64,000 bases of DNA, from contig CM097886.1 in the NCBI GenBank assembly GCA_044892525.1, positions 114,576,001 to 114,640,000 on the forward strand, given 5' to 3'. Below are positions 1-9,649 of the stretch, piece by piece (position 1 is the first letter of the stretch; every line of letters starts with the position of its first letter). The stretch comes from Schmidtea polychroa. Taxonomy: Eukaryota. The notes beneath the pieces were generated by a model, which made no database searches, was not told the DNA's origin, and saw only the letters and a program-made list of their open reading frames with translations. A program made the translations under genes and the position numbers.

Positions 1-2
1 AA

Positions 3-3000
3 ATGCCATTCGGACTGACCAACGCACCAGCATCGTTTCAAAGGTGTATGAACTTTGTCACTCATGGAATCAAACAATGTATGGTATATATTGATGATTT
101 GTTAATCTATTCAGCGACATTTGAACAACATCTGGAGGATATCCGAAATGTATTTATTCGATTACGACAATGGAAACTCAAGCTCAAACCGTCAAAATGC
201 GACTGGTCAAAGGAAAAGGTCACGTTTTTGGGACACATAGTGTCAGCTAAAGGAAAGGAGCCAGATCCAAGAAACATTGAGAAAATAAAAACATGTCCAG
301 CACCGAAAACTGTCACCCAAGTTCAGGAATTTCTAGGATTATGCGGATACTATCGCAAATTTATCAAAAATTATGCAGGAATTGCAAAACCAATCCAGGA
401 ATTAGTAAAGAAAGACATTTCGTTCATTTGGGGGAAGGAACAACAAGAGGCGTTTGAAACGCTGAGAGACAAACTAATCGAAGCACCTATCCTCGTACAC
501 CCAGATTTCAAGAAACCATTTCTATTAGCAACGGATGCAAGCGGGTACGCGGCAGGCGCGATTCTGGGACAATTAGACGACGAAGGTAAAGAAAGAGTAA
601 TTGGATATTACAGTCGAACATTCAAAAAGCACGAGAAGAACTATTCGGTAACAGAACGAGAAGCATTGGCTATAATACAAGCAATCAAACATTTTCGATA
701 TTTGTTATGGGGACATGAGATATGTATAACCACAGATCATCAACCATTAGTGTGGCTAGGGCAACATAAAGAAGCGTCCAGTAGACTAATGAGATGGGCA
801 ATGCAGCTACAAGAGTATTCACCGTTCATAAAATTCAAAGCGGGAAGAGCGAATGCAAACGCCGACTGTATGTCAAGGTTTATTTTTCCAGATTTGGTAG
901 ATCCAGAAATGCAACGTATATGCCTGATGGTAGCAGAAGACCTAGATTTCTGCCAATTACGAAAAGACCAACAAGAAGACGCAGAACTGAAACAAATTAT
1001 CGATTATGTAAAAACAGGAAAGACGGAGGTATATGCGAAAGACCAAAAATTAAAAGAACATATGGATAAACACCGACACCGATATATCATAGAGAAAGAT
1101 TGGTTGCTGATAATGGATGGGGAAAAACGATTAATGTGTATACCGGAAAACCGACGGAAAGAGTTACTAACGCAATACCACGATGGGAGATTGGGAGGAC
1201 ATATGTCATCAAAAAAGACGTTAGCAAGAATGAAACAAAAATATTTCTGGCCTACCCTAACGGAAGACGTAACCGAATGGGTGAAAAACTGCATAACCTG
1301 TGCAACAAGGAAAAACACTGGATCGAAATGGAAAGCACCTTTGACGCCAATGCCGGTACCAATAGAGCCGATGACAATGATATCAATGGATGTAGTTGGT
1401 CCATTGCCAGAATCGGATAAAGGAAACGTTTATATTTTAGTGATTACAGACTTTCTCACAAAATTTCCAGAAGCATTCGCGATGCCAGACCAAAAAGCTA
1501 AAACAATCGCAAAAATCTTGGTCGAAGAGATATGTTGCCGTTACGGGACACCGAAGCAAATCTTGACTGATCAAGGAACTAATTTTATGAGTGAAATAAT
1601 GAGTGAGGTAACCAATTACTTCAAAATCGCAAAATTGAGAACATCACCGTATCATCCTCAAACCAATGGGATGACGGAAAGATTTAATGGAACACTTATA
1701 CAAATGTTATCAAACTACGTCGACCGTCACCAACGAGATTGGGACGAATATATAAACCTATGTCTTATGGCGTACAGAATGTCGATTCACGCATCAACGA
1801 AAATGAGCCCATTCAAATTAATGTACGGAAGAGAATGTAACATGCCAATGGACCTGGAATACCAACCACCGATATCGCAATACATGGAGATAGATGATTA
1901 TGTTACGAAATTCAAGGAAAGAATGCAGGAGATTTGGGAAACTGCGGGATTAAACATCAAGTTCTACCAGGAAAGTTATAAAGATTTACACGATCGAAAG
2001 AAAAACGTGAAGCAACATACGTTTCAAACAGGCGATTGGGTGATGATCGAGACCCCAGAATTAATTCCCGGAACCACAAGAAAGTTACAACGGAACGGGA
2101 AAGGACCATACGAGATCTTGTTCGTAGGCGAGACCAATGTAAGAGTGAAATTGGTAAATAATCCATTCACCAGGCCAATATACGTAAACGTGGCACGATG
2201 CAAATCAATTCCAAAAACAGCCACCAGTCAACCAGAAGGCCGTACATTAACCACACGTTCGCAAACCTACAGAATGAACATGATGCAACAACTCGCAGAA
2301 CCTATCACTGGACGATTGGGCATACAACCATCGGAAGCTGAAAAAATCGTACGAGAGGTAAAGATAAAATTACCCGGATGGGCAAAAGATCGATTAGATT
2401 TCGAAATATTAGGAGGATTATTGACGATGATCGAAAATTATGCAAACAGAGAGAGAACACATCCGTTATTACGAGTAGTCAAAAGCCAATGGCCAATATT
2501 ATTTACAATAACAGATCATTATGGAGATACACCATTACACAAGCTCATGAAAGTAGGTAACAACGAGCAAATACTAGAAACAATAGAAGCATTTCACGAC
2601 TGCAAGAGATCAACAGAACAAGAAAATAACCAAGGTTACACACCATTAATGATAGCAGCAAACAGAGGCAAAACAAAAGACATAATAACCGCATTACTTA
2701 ATACTGGATCAAAAATAACTACACAAGACCACGATCGGAAAAACGCACTACATCATGCTATCGAAGGGAAAAGTACCGAAGCGTTCACGTCGTTGATGGA
2801 GCTACTATCATATGAGGATAATCGAGAAGTCGGAAACATGTATGATGGATTATTAACAGCGATCAAAGAGAAACTGACAACAATTACCGGAGTATTAATC
2901 ACTTGGAGAAACCCAATTAAAAATAATTATATGATCAACTTAAACGAAGCATTCACGAGAGGAGAGAACACGCTTATGAGAGAAGCTATGAGAGGACATC

Positions 3001-3803
3001 ATTTATTCGAAATCCCGAATCAATTACTAGAACGAGGAATAACCTTCACAAATCATAAGGATGAGCAGTTATTAAAAAAGCGAATTGACACATTCGAAAA
3101 ATCAATATTCCAATTCATTACTCAGGTACGAAATAAATATTGGGGAACGGTAAGTGTGTTATACATGATGGACACGATGAACAACATCCGCGAGAATTAC
3201 CTAGATATTATTCAAATACTTACCGCAGAGGAACGAATCAATAATCCAACCGGAATGAAAATGAGAATAAGGCATGGGAAATCAAGAGAACCAAAGTCGC
3301 AAACGAACCATAAAATCGCAAATAAAGTCATCGAAACAAAATCAATGAGTATAGATCAAGGAGCAATAATATGCAAAGCGAAAGAAGTGTTCTTTGAGGA
3401 AATGCTAGAGCTACCAGATGAAGTAATATTATCAGAAATAATAAAAGCCGTACACACATACGCAAGAGATCAAACCACGGGTTTAGATATCGGGAAAATC
3501 AAAACCTTCTTACCTAGAGCATTTACGATGGTAACAAAGGATTCCAGAACACCTCTACAACAAGCAATACTGGTTGCAAAAGAAAATAGAGCAATAACGA
3601 TCGTGAGAATCCTTAGAGATATGGGCGAGGGAACCAACACGAAAAATGAACAAGGCGAAACGGCCATGATGTATGCAGCTATAACGAAAATACACCCAAA
3701 AACACTCCACATACTACATCAATCAGGATTGAGACTAGACGAAAATCAAACGAAGGGAACTCCACATTGGACTGGGCAACCATACAGCCAAACTTGGAAA
3801 TGA
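3..3803 (+). CDS. pol: Gypsy Pol (RT C-terminal part, RNase H, integrase) fused in frame to ankyrin repeats; 5' incomplete
   Basis: MPFGLTNAPASFQR and YIDD (RT); TDAS...TDHQPL (RNase H); HHCC zinc finger (HDGRLGGH...CITC); D,D35E core (SMDVVGP, TDQG, NGMTERFN); GPY motif. Ankyrin consensus follows: GDTPLH, GYTPLMIAA, KNALHHAI, RTPLQQAI, GETAMMYAA. Confidence 0.95.
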   Translation: MPFGLTNAPASFQRCMNFVTHGIKQCMVYIDDLLIYSATFEQHLEDIRNVFIRLRQWKLKLKPSKCDWSKEKVTFLGHIVSAKGKEPDPRNIEKIKTCPAPKTVTQVQEFLGLCGYYRKFIKNYAGIAKPIQELVKKDISFIWGKEQQEAFETLRDKLIEAPILVHPDFKKPFLLATDASGYAAGAILGQLDDEGKERVIGYYSRTFKKHEKNYSVTEREALAIIQAIKHFRYLLWGHEICITTDHQPLVWLGQHKEASSRLMRWAMQLQEYSPFIKFKAGRANANADCMSRFIFPDLVDPEMQRICLMVAEDLDFCQLRKDQQEDAELKQIIDYVKTGKTEVYAKDQKLKEHMDKHRHRYIIEKDWLLIMDGEKRLMCIPENRRKELLTQYHDGRLGGHMSSKKTLARMKQKYFWPTLTEDVTEWVKNCITCATRKNTGSKWKAPLTPMPVPIEPMTMISMDVVGPLPESDKGNVYILVITDFLTKFPEAFAMPDQKAKTIAKILVEEICCRYGTPKQILTDQGTNFMSEIMSEVTNYFKIAKLRTSPYHPQTNGMTERFNGTLIQMLSNYVDRHQRDWDEYINLCLMAYRMSIHASTKMSPFKLMYGRECNMPMDLEYQPPISQYMEIDDYVTKFKERMQEIWETAGLNIKFYQESYKDLHDRKKNVKQHTFQTGDWVMIETPELIPGTTRKLQRNGKGPYEILFVGETNVRVKLVNNPFTRPIYVNVARCKSIPKTATSQPEGRTLTTRSQTYRMNMMQQLAEPITGRLGIQPSEAEKIVREVKIKLPGWAKDRLDFEILGGLLTMIENYANRERTHPLLRVVKSQWPILFTITDHYGDTPLHKLMKVGNNEQILETIEAFHDCKRSTEQENNQGYTPLMIAANRGKTKDIITALLNTGSKITTQDHDRKNALHHAIEGKSTEAFTSLMELLSYEDNREVGNMYDGLLTAIKEKLTTITGVLITWRNPIKNNYMINLNEAFTRGENTLMREAMRGHHLFEIPNQLLERGITFTNHKDEQLLKKRIDTFEKSIFQFITQVRNKYWGTVSVLYMMDTMNNIRENYLDIIQILTAEERINNPTGMKMRIRHGKSREPKSQTNHKIANKVIETKSMSIDQGAIICKAKEVFFEEMLELPDEVILSEIIKAVHTYARDQTTGLDIGKIKTFLPRAFTMVTKDSRTPLQQAILVAKENRAITIVRILRDMGEGTNTKNEQGETAMMYAAITKIHPKTLHILHQSGLRLDENQTKGTPHWTGQPYSQTWK

Positions 3804-5491
3804 TCAGATTTATTTGCAAAAATGCGACAAAAGAAGAAGTTGAAAATATATGCAAAAACACATCTCAATTTCAATGGAATACGGTACGGAAAAATCTAGA
3901 AGCAATGAAATTGTTATTAACATGGAGAGTACCACAAAATAATAAATATGCGATAAATATAAACGAATTTTACGAAAACGGAGAAAACGCGATGGTAAAG
4001 AATACCCTAACTAAAGGGGGGACACCTAAAATTATCTTAATAGTATTAAATAGAGAAGACCTCAAATTCACGCAAAATCAAAACGAGCAACAACGAATAG
4101 GAAAACATCGTCGTATTCAATTGAGAGAATTAGTCAAGGAATGGAATAGAAAGAGACAAGCTGCAACGGGTAGAAAAGAGTTTGAATTCGAAGCAAAGTT
4201 AGCAAGGAACAGAGTGTTAACAGCATATCGCAGATTATTGAACGATATAAATGTCGAGGACGACATTTTAAACGACAGCGGGGGAGATAAACACGATGAC
4301 AATGACGGAAAAGGCCGAAAGGAGGATAAAGGGAAAAGAGAACCGGAAGAGGATAAACCGGAAAACAAGGATTCGGGTACGAGAAGAGAGGGAAACAGCC
4401 CGGGAACCAAGACCAAAGAGGAGGAAAAACCGAATAATGGAAAACAGAGGGTATGCCTACCGTTCACTAACAAAGAAATAGAAACAAATATGATCTTAAT
4501 GATAATCATGCTAACCATGATAGAGTTAGTAACAGCTCATGGAGGGACGAGAACGATAAAAGAAATCAAAGAAGCGGAGAATCAAGATAGCAAAGAGGAA
4601 GAACTAAAACAAGAAAAGAAAAAGCAAGCACAAGAGCAGCAGTGGGATTTAAAGGAAGAATGGGGCCTAAAGGAAAGGTGCATACTAGGAAGATGTATGT
4701 CTAGAGCGTATCAGAGATTAGTACTGATAAATGAGGACACAGAACCAATAACAGAGGTAAGAATACAAGAAGCATACCGAAATCGAGACGGGAAAAGAAT
4801 AACGAACGTAAAGGGAAAAGAGGTGCACCTAGGAAAAGGAGGTGAAGTAGTAATAACGCAACTCCAACCAAGAAAAGAACACAAAGTCTGTATTTCAAGA
4901 TTAGGACCAGGTGAGAGATGCCATCAATATGTGACGCAGCAGCAGCCCCCAAAGGAATACACGGTTTGTATCTGGAGGAACGAATCAAAAAGGGAATGCC
5001 GACGATACCCGGGGAAAAGAGGGAAGAAAAGAAAAAACAACGACGAAAAGGACGAAGGAGGAAAACACAAGAAAACCGGCGAGGAAGCCCAGGACAACTA
5101 CGTTTCAGAAGAAGAGATGGAAAAAATACAAAAGATGGCAAAGGAGGGTATGAACGAGGAAATAGCAAGAATACGAGAGATGATGAAAGGAAATGGCAAA
5201 AGAGGAAACGAGAAAAGTACAGAAGCGATATCAACATTAACAAACAAGGAAAAACCAGAGAGTATAAGCGTGAAGCAGAAGATGTGGATCAGCGGGATAA
5301 TAATAACAGGGGCATTCCTAATCATAACGGGGGGAACAATAAAAATAATTAAAGATAAACGACATCGCGGAGAACTAGAGATGACCCGAATCAGAAATTT
5401 CCAACATCGAGTGAAACGACCAAGTGATATCAAACAAGAACAGTGGGTGGAGGCCTGGAACGCTCAGCGCCCTCCAAAACCCCGTATATAG
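3746..5491 (+). CDS. Probable frameshifted continuation of Pol-ANK: one more ankyrin repeat, charged linker, internal signal-peptide-like segment, Cys/FN3-like ectodomain, TM helix, short tail
   Basis: The frame begins SNEGNSTLDWATIQPNLEMIRF (ankyrin consensus) where ORF1 loses ankyrin similarity; one extra A at 3742-3745 would join the frames. Hydrophobic MILMIIMLTMIELVTAHG at ~4490-4540; motifs ITQLQPRKEHKVCI and VTQQQPPKEYTVCI; TM MWISGIIITGAFLIITGGTIKII at ~5282-5350. Confidence 0.7.
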   Translation, partial: SNEGNSTLDWATIQPNLEMIRFICKNATKEEVENICKNTSQFQWNTVRKNLEAMKLLLTWRVPQNNKYAININEFYENGENAMVKNTLTKGGTPKIILIVLNREDLKFTQNQNEQQRIGKHRRIQLRELVKEWNRKRQAATGRKEFEFEAKLARNRVLTAYRRLLNDINVEDDILNDSGGDKHDDNDGKGRKEDKGKREPEEDKPENKDSGTRREGNSPGTKTKEEEKPNNGKQRVCLPFTNKEIETNMILMIIMLTMIELVTAHGGTRTIKEIKEAENQDSKEEELKQEKKKQAQEQQWDLKEEWGLKERCILGRCMSRAYQRLVLINEDTEPITEVRIQEAYRNRDGKRITNVKGKEVHLGKGGEVVITQLQPRKEHKVCISRLGPGERCHQYVTQQQPPKEYTVCIWRNESKRECRRYPGKRGKKRKNNDEKDEGGKHKKTGEEAQDNYVSEEEMEKIQKMAKEGMNEEIARIREMMKGNGKRGNEKSTEAISTLTNKEKPESISVKQKMWISGIIITGAFLIITGGTIKIIKDKRHRGELEMTRIRNFQHRVKRPSDIKQEQWVEAWNAQRPPKPRI

Positions 5492-5651
5492 AAAGGGATA
5501 TGACTGTATATAATTGTAAAAAGTAAGTATATCTTATGTATATAACAGTACTATATCTTTATATAAGCGCGGTATCAATATTATAAAATAACGGGGATCA
5601 TAAAATGAAATTAAATTTAGATAAGAGTTGAAAAGTGTATATAAATTAAGA

Positions 5652-5960
5652 ATGGAGCAAGGAAGTAACGAAATGAACCACAACACAGTAACCGAAGAAT
5701 TATGGAAGCAACAATGTGCCGTATTAGCACAATTAGTGTCTAATTTGCAAGAACAAGGATTGACGATGCAAAAGAACCTAATCGAGAGTATGAACAGAGG
5801 ATTTAGTTATTTGAAGATAATTGAAGACCAGAGGTTAAAAATCGAACAAATGCAAAGAGAAATAGAGAGGATAACTCAATATAGCCGAAGACAGGAAATC
5901 GAATTGGACAGAATGATGGAGGAAGCAGAACAGACAGAAATAGAAGACTGGTCAGAATGA
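5652..5960 (+). CDS. Element cargo ORF, short coiled-coil protein of unknown function
   Basis: Open frame with heptad-like E/Q/L pattern, same A-rich codon bias as pol, bounded by AT-rich spacers; ATG preceded by AG. Confidence 0.6.
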   Translation: MEQGSNEMNHNTVTEELWKQQCAVLAQLVSNLQEQGLTMQKNLIESMNRGFSYLKIIEDQRLKIEQMQREIERITQYSRRQEIELDRMMEEAEQTEIEDWSE

Positions 5961-6096
5961 CTAATGAGTAGAGAGGAGGGCGGACACGAAGCCGACTCTT
6001 CCGAACCATAAACCAAACCTAGCTTAAAATGTAAATAATTGTAAATAAAATATCGAACCTGTATCGATAAGAACTATATGTATATATAATTATAGA

Positions 6097-7485
6097 ATGG
6101 ATAAACGACAAAGAGAAGAGTTCAGAGAGATTGTCGAACAAGTCCGAAAATCTACAACGATCAGAATACACAAACATGTTATGTGCGGAATATGTGAAAA
6201 GTTGTTAAAGGAACCTCACCAAACCCAATGTGGATGCAGATTATGTAAGGAATGCATCAGTGAAGCAATAAAGAATAGACCACAGTGGTTCCCGGTGTGT
6301 AAAGAGACACTAATATCGAGTTTAGAAGACACTAACGAGGATAAAGCCGCAGTGAAAGACATGTTAAACACCAATCTGGGATGTAAAAATACCCCATGCG
6401 AATGGAAAGGAGTAATATGGAAAGTAGTGCAACATATGGGAGAATGTATGTACAGAATCGGCCAGTGTGAAAGGTGCCATAAAACCATTCGAGCAAGCGA
6501 AGAAAAAGAGCATCAAAGCCAGTGTGAAGAGAGACTAGAAAGATGTAAACATTGTGGAGAAATAGATACGTGGAAAAATCTCACCAGCAAACATCACAAT
6601 GTCCAAGAGGAAAAGGTATGTGCAGAGTTCAGTGGGGAATGCCCGAACGGATGCGAGGAAGGGAGAATAATAAAAATAGCCCAACACCTAAAGGAATGTG
6701 AAAGGAAAAGAATGACATGTGCACTCGGTAAATGGGGCTGTCAGAAACTACTACACCGAGGAGAGTTACCACATCATTTAGTAGAAAATGCTTCAACCCA
6801 CGCAGAAATGTGGTCGACTGCGTTACAAGAAAGTGAAGAGAAAGTAAAACAAATGGAGATAGAGATAACATCGTTGAAAGCGTTAGTCAAAGAACTACTA
6901 GAAGAAAGAGAAGCGTTCGAAGAAGCCCGAGCTAACATAAAGATGCAAATAAATCGTATAAAAATCAGTAATAATCAGGCCAAGGAGCTACATCGGAAAA
7001 TACAGGAAATAAATCTAAATGAGATAACCCCAACAGCACCTTATATATGGAAGATAACGGGAGTGAAAGAAAGAATACGGAAAGCCAAAACTGGGGAAGA
7101 GACAAGAATAACAAGTCCTGCATTCCATTCTTGGAAAAATGGGTACAAGATGAAAATGAGGATATATACCAACGGAGATGGAGCCGGATTGAATACACAT
7201 TTTTCGATATTTTTTCTATTATGTAAAGGGGAACGTGACGAGGTAATAGAATGGCCATTCCAGGCAAAAATCGATATCACAATGATGAATGACCAAAGCA
7301 TCCACGAACAAAGCTTCAAAACAACGGGAACCCAGCTGTGTTACCGGCGACCTACTGATGAGGAAGGAGCAGCATCAGGAGCACCCACGTTCATCTTACA
7401 GCAGAAGGTGGAAGAGATGACAAAAAACGACACAATATATATAAAAATGACAGTGAGAAGGGAAGGGAAGGGTAGAACGGAGTAA
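6097..7485 (+). CDS. traf: Intronless TRAF-family protein (RING, TRAF zinc fingers, coiled coil, MATH) inside the retrotransposon
   Basis: RING CGIC...CGCRLCKEC...FPVC; several C/H zinc fingers; coiled coil; MATH domain YIWKI...SPAF...GYKMKMRIYTNGDG...THFSIFF...EWPF...GAPTFI. 462 aa, uninterrupted. Confidence 0.95.
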   Translation: MDKRQREEFREIVEQVRKSTTIRIHKHVMCGICEKLLKEPHQTQCGCRLCKECISEAIKNRPQWFPVCKETLISSLEDTNEDKAAVKDMLNTNLGCKNTPCEWKGVIWKVVQHMGECMYRIGQCERCHKTIRASEEKEHQSQCEERLERCKHCGEIDTWKNLTSKHHNVQEEKVCAEFSGECPNGCEEGRIIKIAQHLKECERKRMTCALGKWGCQKLLHRGELPHHLVENASTHAEMWSTALQESEEKVKQMEIEITSLKALVKELLEEREAFEEARANIKMQINRIKISNNQAKELHRKIQEINLNEITPTAPYIWKITGVKERIRKAKTGEETRITSPAFHSWKNGYKMKMRIYTNGDGAGLNTHFSIFFLLCKGERDEVIEWPFQAKIDITMMNDQSIHEQSFKTTGTQLCYRRPTDEEGAASGAPTFILQQKVEEMTKNDTIYIKMTVRREGKGRTE

Positions 7486-7677
7486 CCCATCGAATAATGT
7501 TGTATATAATAACCTGTATATATCGGCGTATATAACCAATAAAATATTATATAATAATAGTATGAAAAACCCTAAATACGAAAACCCAAAAATGATGCGA
7601 AAATTTCCGAAGAACCAGTAACTAATGAATAAAATTTTTCCATAATAAAAAGATTAATCTATATCAATGATTTAGAA

Positions 7678-8733
7678 ATGACACAAGAGAGAATAACCGA
7701 AACTACGATAGCCCCAACCAATACCCACAAGACACAAATTCCCCGAGAATATAACGAAAAATGGAACAAAGTAATGTTCCAACTAACTAACCTCACCCGA
7801 AACTACATCAAAGAAGCTAGAGAAGATGAGAACAGTAAATATCAATGGCTAATCCACAATTTAAGAGAGGAAGCAGAAGCATGTAAAAGAGCATCAAAAT
7901 GGGATTCATTAGAAAATACCCGCCAAGAAGCACACAGCCACTACTTAAAGCAGCTAGTGCAGGAAGCGAGAAAGAGGCTCACTGACGAAAACGCAAAACG
8001 CGAAGCGGAAAAGCAAATAGAAGGAAGGAAAATGATGCATTTATTGGCAGAGGCCAGAAAATGGAAAAGACAAAATAGTGAAATGAAAAAAGAGATGAAA
8101 GAATTGCCCATGAGACTCGGATATGAAAGCGAACAGGGCAAATGGGAGGAAAATTTAATAATAAAGGAAGAACTGAAACGGTTGAGAAAGGTCGCCACCC
8201 GAAGCCAAACATGGCAGATGAAGGCCATGGAGTTCGAGCGACATTTGGCAATGAAATGCGACATAAGAGAGCACGAGAATGCCGCAATGGAGGAGATGAT
8301 AACCCAACAAGCAGGACGGGTTTTGGAATTAGTAAATCAGGTCGTAGAGATGAAACGAGACCTCAATGGATTACAGGGATCACTAGAACAAAGAAACATG
8401 GTCCTAGCTGGAAAAAACAAAAAATTAGAAAACGAGAGGAAAATGTATGCCGAAAATATCAAAAACTTGGAAATAGAAATTGAAAAATGGAAGGGCGACG
8501 AGAAAATCAAGGCCCTAGATAGACAAATAGAGATGAAAGACGAAGAGACAAGGTATCTCACCTACCTGCTCGACGAAGAGCTGAATATCACTCGAGCTCT
8601 AAGAGACGAAGTTAATGAATTGAGAGCTCAAATCCCCCAATATTACCTACCTTATGACCCTATTGCGATACAGTTGCATCCAGCGGTCGATAGTGATGAA
8701 GGTTATGTGGGACAGGAGGAAACCTTCGTATAA
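7678..8733 (+). CDS. Element cargo ORF, long coiled-coil protein
   Basis: 351-aa open frame, E/K/R/L-rich heptads, element-type codon bias, TTTAG just before the ATG. Confidence 0.75.
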   Translation: MTQERITETTIAPTNTHKTQIPREYNEKWNKVMFQLTNLTRNYIKEAREDENSKYQWLIHNLREEAEACKRASKWDSLENTRQEAHSHYLKQLVQEARKRLTDENAKREAEKQIEGRKMMHLLAEARKWKRQNSEMKKEMKELPMRLGYESEQGKWEENLIIKEELKRLRKVATRSQTWQMKAMEFERHLAMKCDIREHENAAMEEMITQQAGRVLELVNQVVEMKRDLNGLQGSLEQRNMVLAGKNKKLENERKMYAENIKNLEIEIEKWKGDEKIKALDRQIEMKDEETRYLTYLLDEELNITRALRDEVNELRAQIPQYYLPYDPIAIQLHPAVDSDEGYVGQEETFV

Positions 8734-8904
8734 AGGTGAATAAAAAGATAAAAACAAAAAAAATCGGGACGTATATCCCAAACAAAAAAAAATTAAAGTA
8801 TTGTAAAAGTATTCAAGGGATTGTAACCCAAACTATTAAATTTTATATAAATGTATAAGTATAAGTCGTACTATAGCGCACCATTAACTGTACATATTAT
8901 AGAT

Positions 8905-9594
8905 ATGAAAATCGAGGAAATGATAGAAATCACGAGTGACGTGGAAGAAGGAGAAATTGTAACAGAAACAACAGAAACACAAACGCTAGAAGCAGAGTTG
9001 CGAGCAGAGAAGTGTGAAAACGAGAGACTGGTAAACAAATACATAGAAGATCGAAAAATAATAAAGATACTAAAGAAAGAATGCAGAGTGCTAGGGGAAG
9101 TAAAAAGAGAAACAGAAGAGGAAAACGAATGGCTGCAAGAACAACGAAAACGAGGGAGAAATTGGGAGAAGATTGCGGAAGAATTATGGCAAGAAAGGGC
9201 CAGTAGAAAGGCAGACGAAGTGATTAGCGATTATTGGAAAACCGAGGCACGGAAACACCAAGAAAGTTTGAAGGAGTTACAACTCCAACTGCACCAAAAA
9301 CAAAAGGAATGCGAGATAATGAAAAGAATGAACAGCAAATACCACGAAATCGACGACGGAGAAGACGAGGAAAGGGGAAATGATTTCTTACAAATACTAA
9401 ACCATAAAAACCTGGAAAGAGCAACGCAGGAAATAAAAGTGTTAAAAGGGAAAATAAAGTTCCTAGAACAACAGATAGACGAAAGAGATAAGCAACTAGA
9501 AGTACTGCCAGAATTGAGAAAACGGGTAATAAAAGCGGAAACGGAAGTGATGAGAGCGTCTCAGAAAGCCCGTAAAAAGAAATCCCGACCATAA
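8905..9594 (+). CDS. Element cargo ORF, coiled-coil protein with basic C-terminus
   Basis: Open frame (track start 8851; ATG 8905 after TATAG preferred), E/K-rich heptads, ends RKKKSRP. Confidence 0.7.
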   Translation: MKIEEMIEITSDVEEGEIVTETTETQTLEAELRAEKCENERLVNKYIEDRKIIKILKKECRVLGEVKRETEEENEWLQEQRKRGRNWEKIAEELWQERASRKADEVISDYWKTEARKHQESLKELQLQLHQKQKECEIMKRMNSKYHEIDDGEDEERGNDFLQILNHKNLERATQEIKVLKGKIKFLEQQIDERDKQLEVLPELRKRVIKAETEVMRASQKARKKKSRP

Positions 9595-9649
9595 ATTAAA
9601 AAGGGATAATTGATGTAAATAAATGTATATAAAATGTTCGCATATTAGT

